Positions 60,701-64,000 of a stretch of 64,000 nt of DNA are shown here, in pieces; position 1 is the first letter of the stretch; each line of letters begins with the position of its first letter. Source of the stretch: Orbicella franksi (Eukaryota); NCBI GenBank assembly GCA_964199315.1, contig OZ116703.1, forward strand, positions 2,790,001-2,854,000, read 5' to 3'. The notes under the pieces were generated by a model. That model searched no databases. It saw only the letters and a list, made by a program, of their open reading frames with translations, and was not told the DNA's origin. A program made the position numbers and the translations under genes.

Positions 60701-63667
60701 TGGTTTATGATTATCCTTGGGGATTTTTTTGGCAGAATATACACACAGGTCTCTGATGATGTTATACTACGAATTACTTGACTTTTATTGCTCTTGTTGT
60801 TGTTCGTTTTCCAGGTGAACTTGCTAAGTATGACATGTTGCATGAGGCCATTGTACACAAGTGCATCAAGCAGGTGAATGTGTTAAATATGAAAATTAAC
60901 TACATCAAAAACATGTAACTTGCAAATTTTTATCATAAGAAAAAAAGAATTAGTTCAAGAAGCCATAGCTCTGTCTACACCTTCCCATGTTTATTGTTTC
61001 TGTGTAATTTCAAATATTAAGGTAAATTCCATCTTTAGTTCTAAGGATGATATAATGTAATTTGTATTCTGGATTGCCACGTGTCTATTAATGGCACATC
61101 AAGTAGTTTTGAGAATTGAGTGATTCACAATAACATATTTCAGTTTGATTCTCTTTATTCTGATAACCTGTTGTTAGGAAACAGACAATAATATTGTAAG
61201 GAGATCTTAGTTGCTGATCGCTCTCATGAAAAGTGCTTTTTTCTTGCTGCAGCTGCTGGACAAAAAGAAGCGTGCAACCGTGGCAGACATGTCAGAATCC
61301 ATGGAGTGTTTGTGCTACTTGATGCGAACCGTGGGGCCAAAACTGGATATTCCCAAAGCTAAGGTTTAAGTTGACACTATTTGCACCTCCTGTAACTTTG
61401 ACTAATTTATACTGTATTTTTGAGCACTGGTCAGTAGCTGTCCATGGTAGTCATGCATTCCAGGCTTGCTAAAGCTGGGATTCACAGGGACATCACATTC
61501 TTTATGTTATGCAATTATTCTTTATGTTCATGAAATGTGGTTTTCTGTTTAGCCAGCTTTTGCTGACTAGGACATTCCAAGCAAAATATTTTCCTTAGTC
61601 GTGGTGTGTGGTTCATTTAAGTTGCCATATTTGAATTTTTTTCATTTTTTTATTGCAGCCCTTGATGGATCAGTACTTTGAGCGAATCCAGCAGCTCTTA
61701 GGTCGCAGCGACTTCCCAGTGCGTATCAGGTTCATGATTGAAGATGTCATAGACCTTCGAAATGCTAAGGTACTGTAGCTCTGAATGCATGTAACACTGA
61801 AGTGCATAACTGACTACTCTTGGTCAATGAGACCCAACCGATACCTCCTGTTAGTGGGTAACAACTCCATTTCATACTCATTAGTCACTGCCCCCCCTCC
61901 CCTCCCCCCCCACACATTCGTAATTCAATAAGTTTAGTACATGAATGTGAAATCCTCTCCTAAGCTGGCAGTTATACTTTTCTCAAGGTTGTCTGCTTGC
62001 AAAGGGCTTAACACCATCTTGTGCTTGCCATTGAGAGTTTATTTCCTTGCATGCAAAACCAATAATTTACAGTGTCTGTAAGAGTTTTCTGTGTTTGTTT
62101 GTTTGTTTGGTTGTAGTATGAAGTCATTAATCCAACAATGTTTTCTGGTAAACTTTGCATACAGTGTTCATGTTAGTCATCAGAATTTTTTCTCGAATCC
62201 TGTGAAGTTTAATTTATTTTCTATACTTTGCATGTATAGTGGGTTCCACGGAAGTCTGCTCATGAGGTAGGACCCAAGGTAATTCAGCAGATACGGCAAG
62301 AGGCTTGGCAGGTAAAGCACTGCATTCTCATGTCTGCATCAAGCAATTCAACTTGCGCATTTTATATCAGTTTTCTGTTTGGTCATTGTCAGCCTTGCAG
62401 ATCTACCATTCCATGAGCTTATTGTGCCTCATTGGCTCTAGCTAGTTTCACTGCTTTCAAGAGAATTCTTAATTGATAGTTTTCTGTGAGTTTTGAACTC
62501 ATCAATCTTAATCAAGGTCAATTCATCCTGCAACAGTACATGTTAACATGGTTTGGAGTTCCATGTCACACACAAGCAGTGTTGCTAGCCTCCTGAGAAA
62601 GGGATGGCAAGTCTACTGATATCAACCCCTAGCTCCTTTCTCACTCAAAATGTTATTTTATTTGTAAAACATATTAATTTTTAGGAGCTGAGAACTGGGG
62701 ACAATAAAGCTGGGAATTTGATGAATTTCATGTGAACAAATGTCAGTAGTTACTTGTCAGCTCATGCAGTGTTTTGCTTACCACAGGGTCATGGTGGTCG
62801 ACCTGGTTATTCTGTGCCTGCCCATGGTCACATGCCAAGAAACACCCCACCACATGCTCACGGCAACTGGATGAATCGTGCTATGGGAGGAGGTAGCAGG
62901 ATGTCAGAGCCCCCTCAGAGCCGCGGAATGAATGACGTATTTGTCACAGACAATGGCTTCCGTCCCTCAGGTCCACGGTTTGATGACTTTGGTCCAGGTG
63001 GAATGCCATCCGACAGGGTTGGGTTTGGCTTAAGGTAACTGAAGGCAATGTGCTTAAATCAAGTCCACTCGCAGCAAGTGTTCACCTTGAACATGAGTCT
63101 TTTAAACGGAGTTTAACTGCTTATCATCAAATGCAAAGTTGTTTTAAACCCTTCAATTGATGTTTTCTTAATGATAAGATAGAATGTTCACCAAATTTTC
63201 AGAGGTTTTATGAAGTAAATATTTGGTAATTAGGAAAGACATTTAATATTTCAAACCAGACAGAATTGTGTAAAATTAATGCATTTTCCAGCAGATATGA
63301 TGATGATGATTTCAGTCAGTTTGCTCCTCGAGACCCCTGGGCTGATCTGTCAACAAAGCATAGCACCATGCCATCCAATTCTATGATGCCAAAACCAGCT
63401 GGAGGTAATAATTTTCTTTTTCTTCATTGTGTAACCTTTGCTAGGGTGGAGTGTATCCATTGTTGACCATTGTTTTAAGTGAAATAAACTACAGAGTTAA
63501 AAAGGGAATCAATGAGAGAAGGGAAATTAAGCAGGGCATCCTTGAGGACATTTAACTGGGAAAATGTGATTGACTAATATTTTTCTCAACCCTGTTAATG
63601 TGACTTTTTTGATGAACAGGTGCAGGATGGAGACTAACATCGAGACAAAATCACATCAGTTCAGATG
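57774..63667 (+). CDS. EIF4G2: eIF4G2 / DAP5 / NAT1 / p97, 5' part (exons 57774-57955, 58768-58870, 59295-59408, 59726-59792, 60509-60601, 60815-60873, 61253-61363, 61659-61769, 62240-62311, 62787-63034, 63292-63404, 63620-63667; continues off the window)
   Basis: QRWVP...NDEAVFRRVRGILNKLTPDKFEKLCHELLGVGIETKYILKGVILLVFEKALDEPKYSSMYAQLCLRLSEEAPNFD...TFRRLLL...KRKVLGNIRFIGELAK...RIRFMIEDVIDLRNAKWVPRK. This is a MIF4G domain with eIF4G2-type residues and a short N-terminus with no eIF4E-binding region. The last three exons are phase-consistent but less conserved. Confidence 0.93.
59955..60508 (+). repeat. Tandem repeat, 3 x ~185 bp, in eIF4G2 intron 4
   Basis: Unit ...aagtcttg.tgtcttgcagtctgtga.ccctaaaac...gtgtactccaacttg.attttt?aaag with period 184-185 bp. 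The last copy ends at the real acceptor. Confidence 0.92.
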
Positions 63668-64000
63668 GTGAGGTATGATATCCAAATTACTAATGTAGCT
63701 ACTGTAAAAGGTGCATTGAATTGGGGTAGATGCCATTCATAAAATGGGTACATACTCCACAAGATGAACACCTTCACCGCTGGCATTCTGCCTTTACTTC
63801 TTTTAACTCACTGCTGTGCTTGCTATGAACCAAGCACAGATGAAGCGTTCTTGTTTGCTATTATTTCAGATGGCATTGTTAAGGATACATTTGTACTAGC
63901 ATTGTATTGTTGTTTAGATAAGTTTGAGGCCAGCAAGGGATTCAATGGCTGCTTCTCAAAGGCCTGGTTTTACTGGCAGATCTCAAACTCCACCAGCTCA

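Noticed and set aside
62520-62600. Hairpin with internal loop in eIF4G2 intron 9 (possible H/ACA snoRNA)
   Set aside because: No properly placed ANANNA and ACA boxes could be identified.
62685-62731. Possible extra eIF4G2 exon (ELRTGDNKAGNLMNF)
   Set aside because: Good acceptor but no convincing in-phase donor; exons 9 and 10 join in frame without it.

Overview
AT-rich, intron-rich animal genomic DNA. The repeat families and gene content suggest a cnidarian, probably a stony coral (inference, not proven). Genes reconstructed by hand with phase-consistent GT-AG exon chains: the 5' part of a membrane-anchored alpha/beta-hydrolase (minus, runs off the left edge); an unknown minus-strand multi-exon gene (4.5-8.7 kb); an RNF38/RNF44-like RING-H2 E3 ligase (9 coding exons); an intronless CIPC-like clock-interacting protein; SPT2/SPTY2D1; LIN7 (10 exons, minus); two tandem intronless class A GPCR paralogues; and the 5' part of eIF4G2/DAP5/NAT1 (runs off the right edge). 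Highlights: (1) eIF4G2 appears to start at a GUG codon with no usable AUG. (2) The CIPC-like gene has two tandem E-box pairs (7-bp spacers) plus D-boxes upstream. (3) The RING ligase carries two SUMO-interacting motifs and a MIU-like ubiquitin-binding motif. (4) A tandem duplication copied the LIN7 promoter/exon 1 together with the GPCR, with a third partial copy. (5) A 2.55-kb TTAA-flanked fold-back element has ~1.2-kb arms and an empty paralogous site. (6) A Penelope-like relic is interrupted beside its RT YVDD motif by a mini-hairpin element and inside its GIY-YIG motif by a solo LTR. No prokaryotic systems, CRISPR arrays, rRNA or bona fide tRNA genes were seen.
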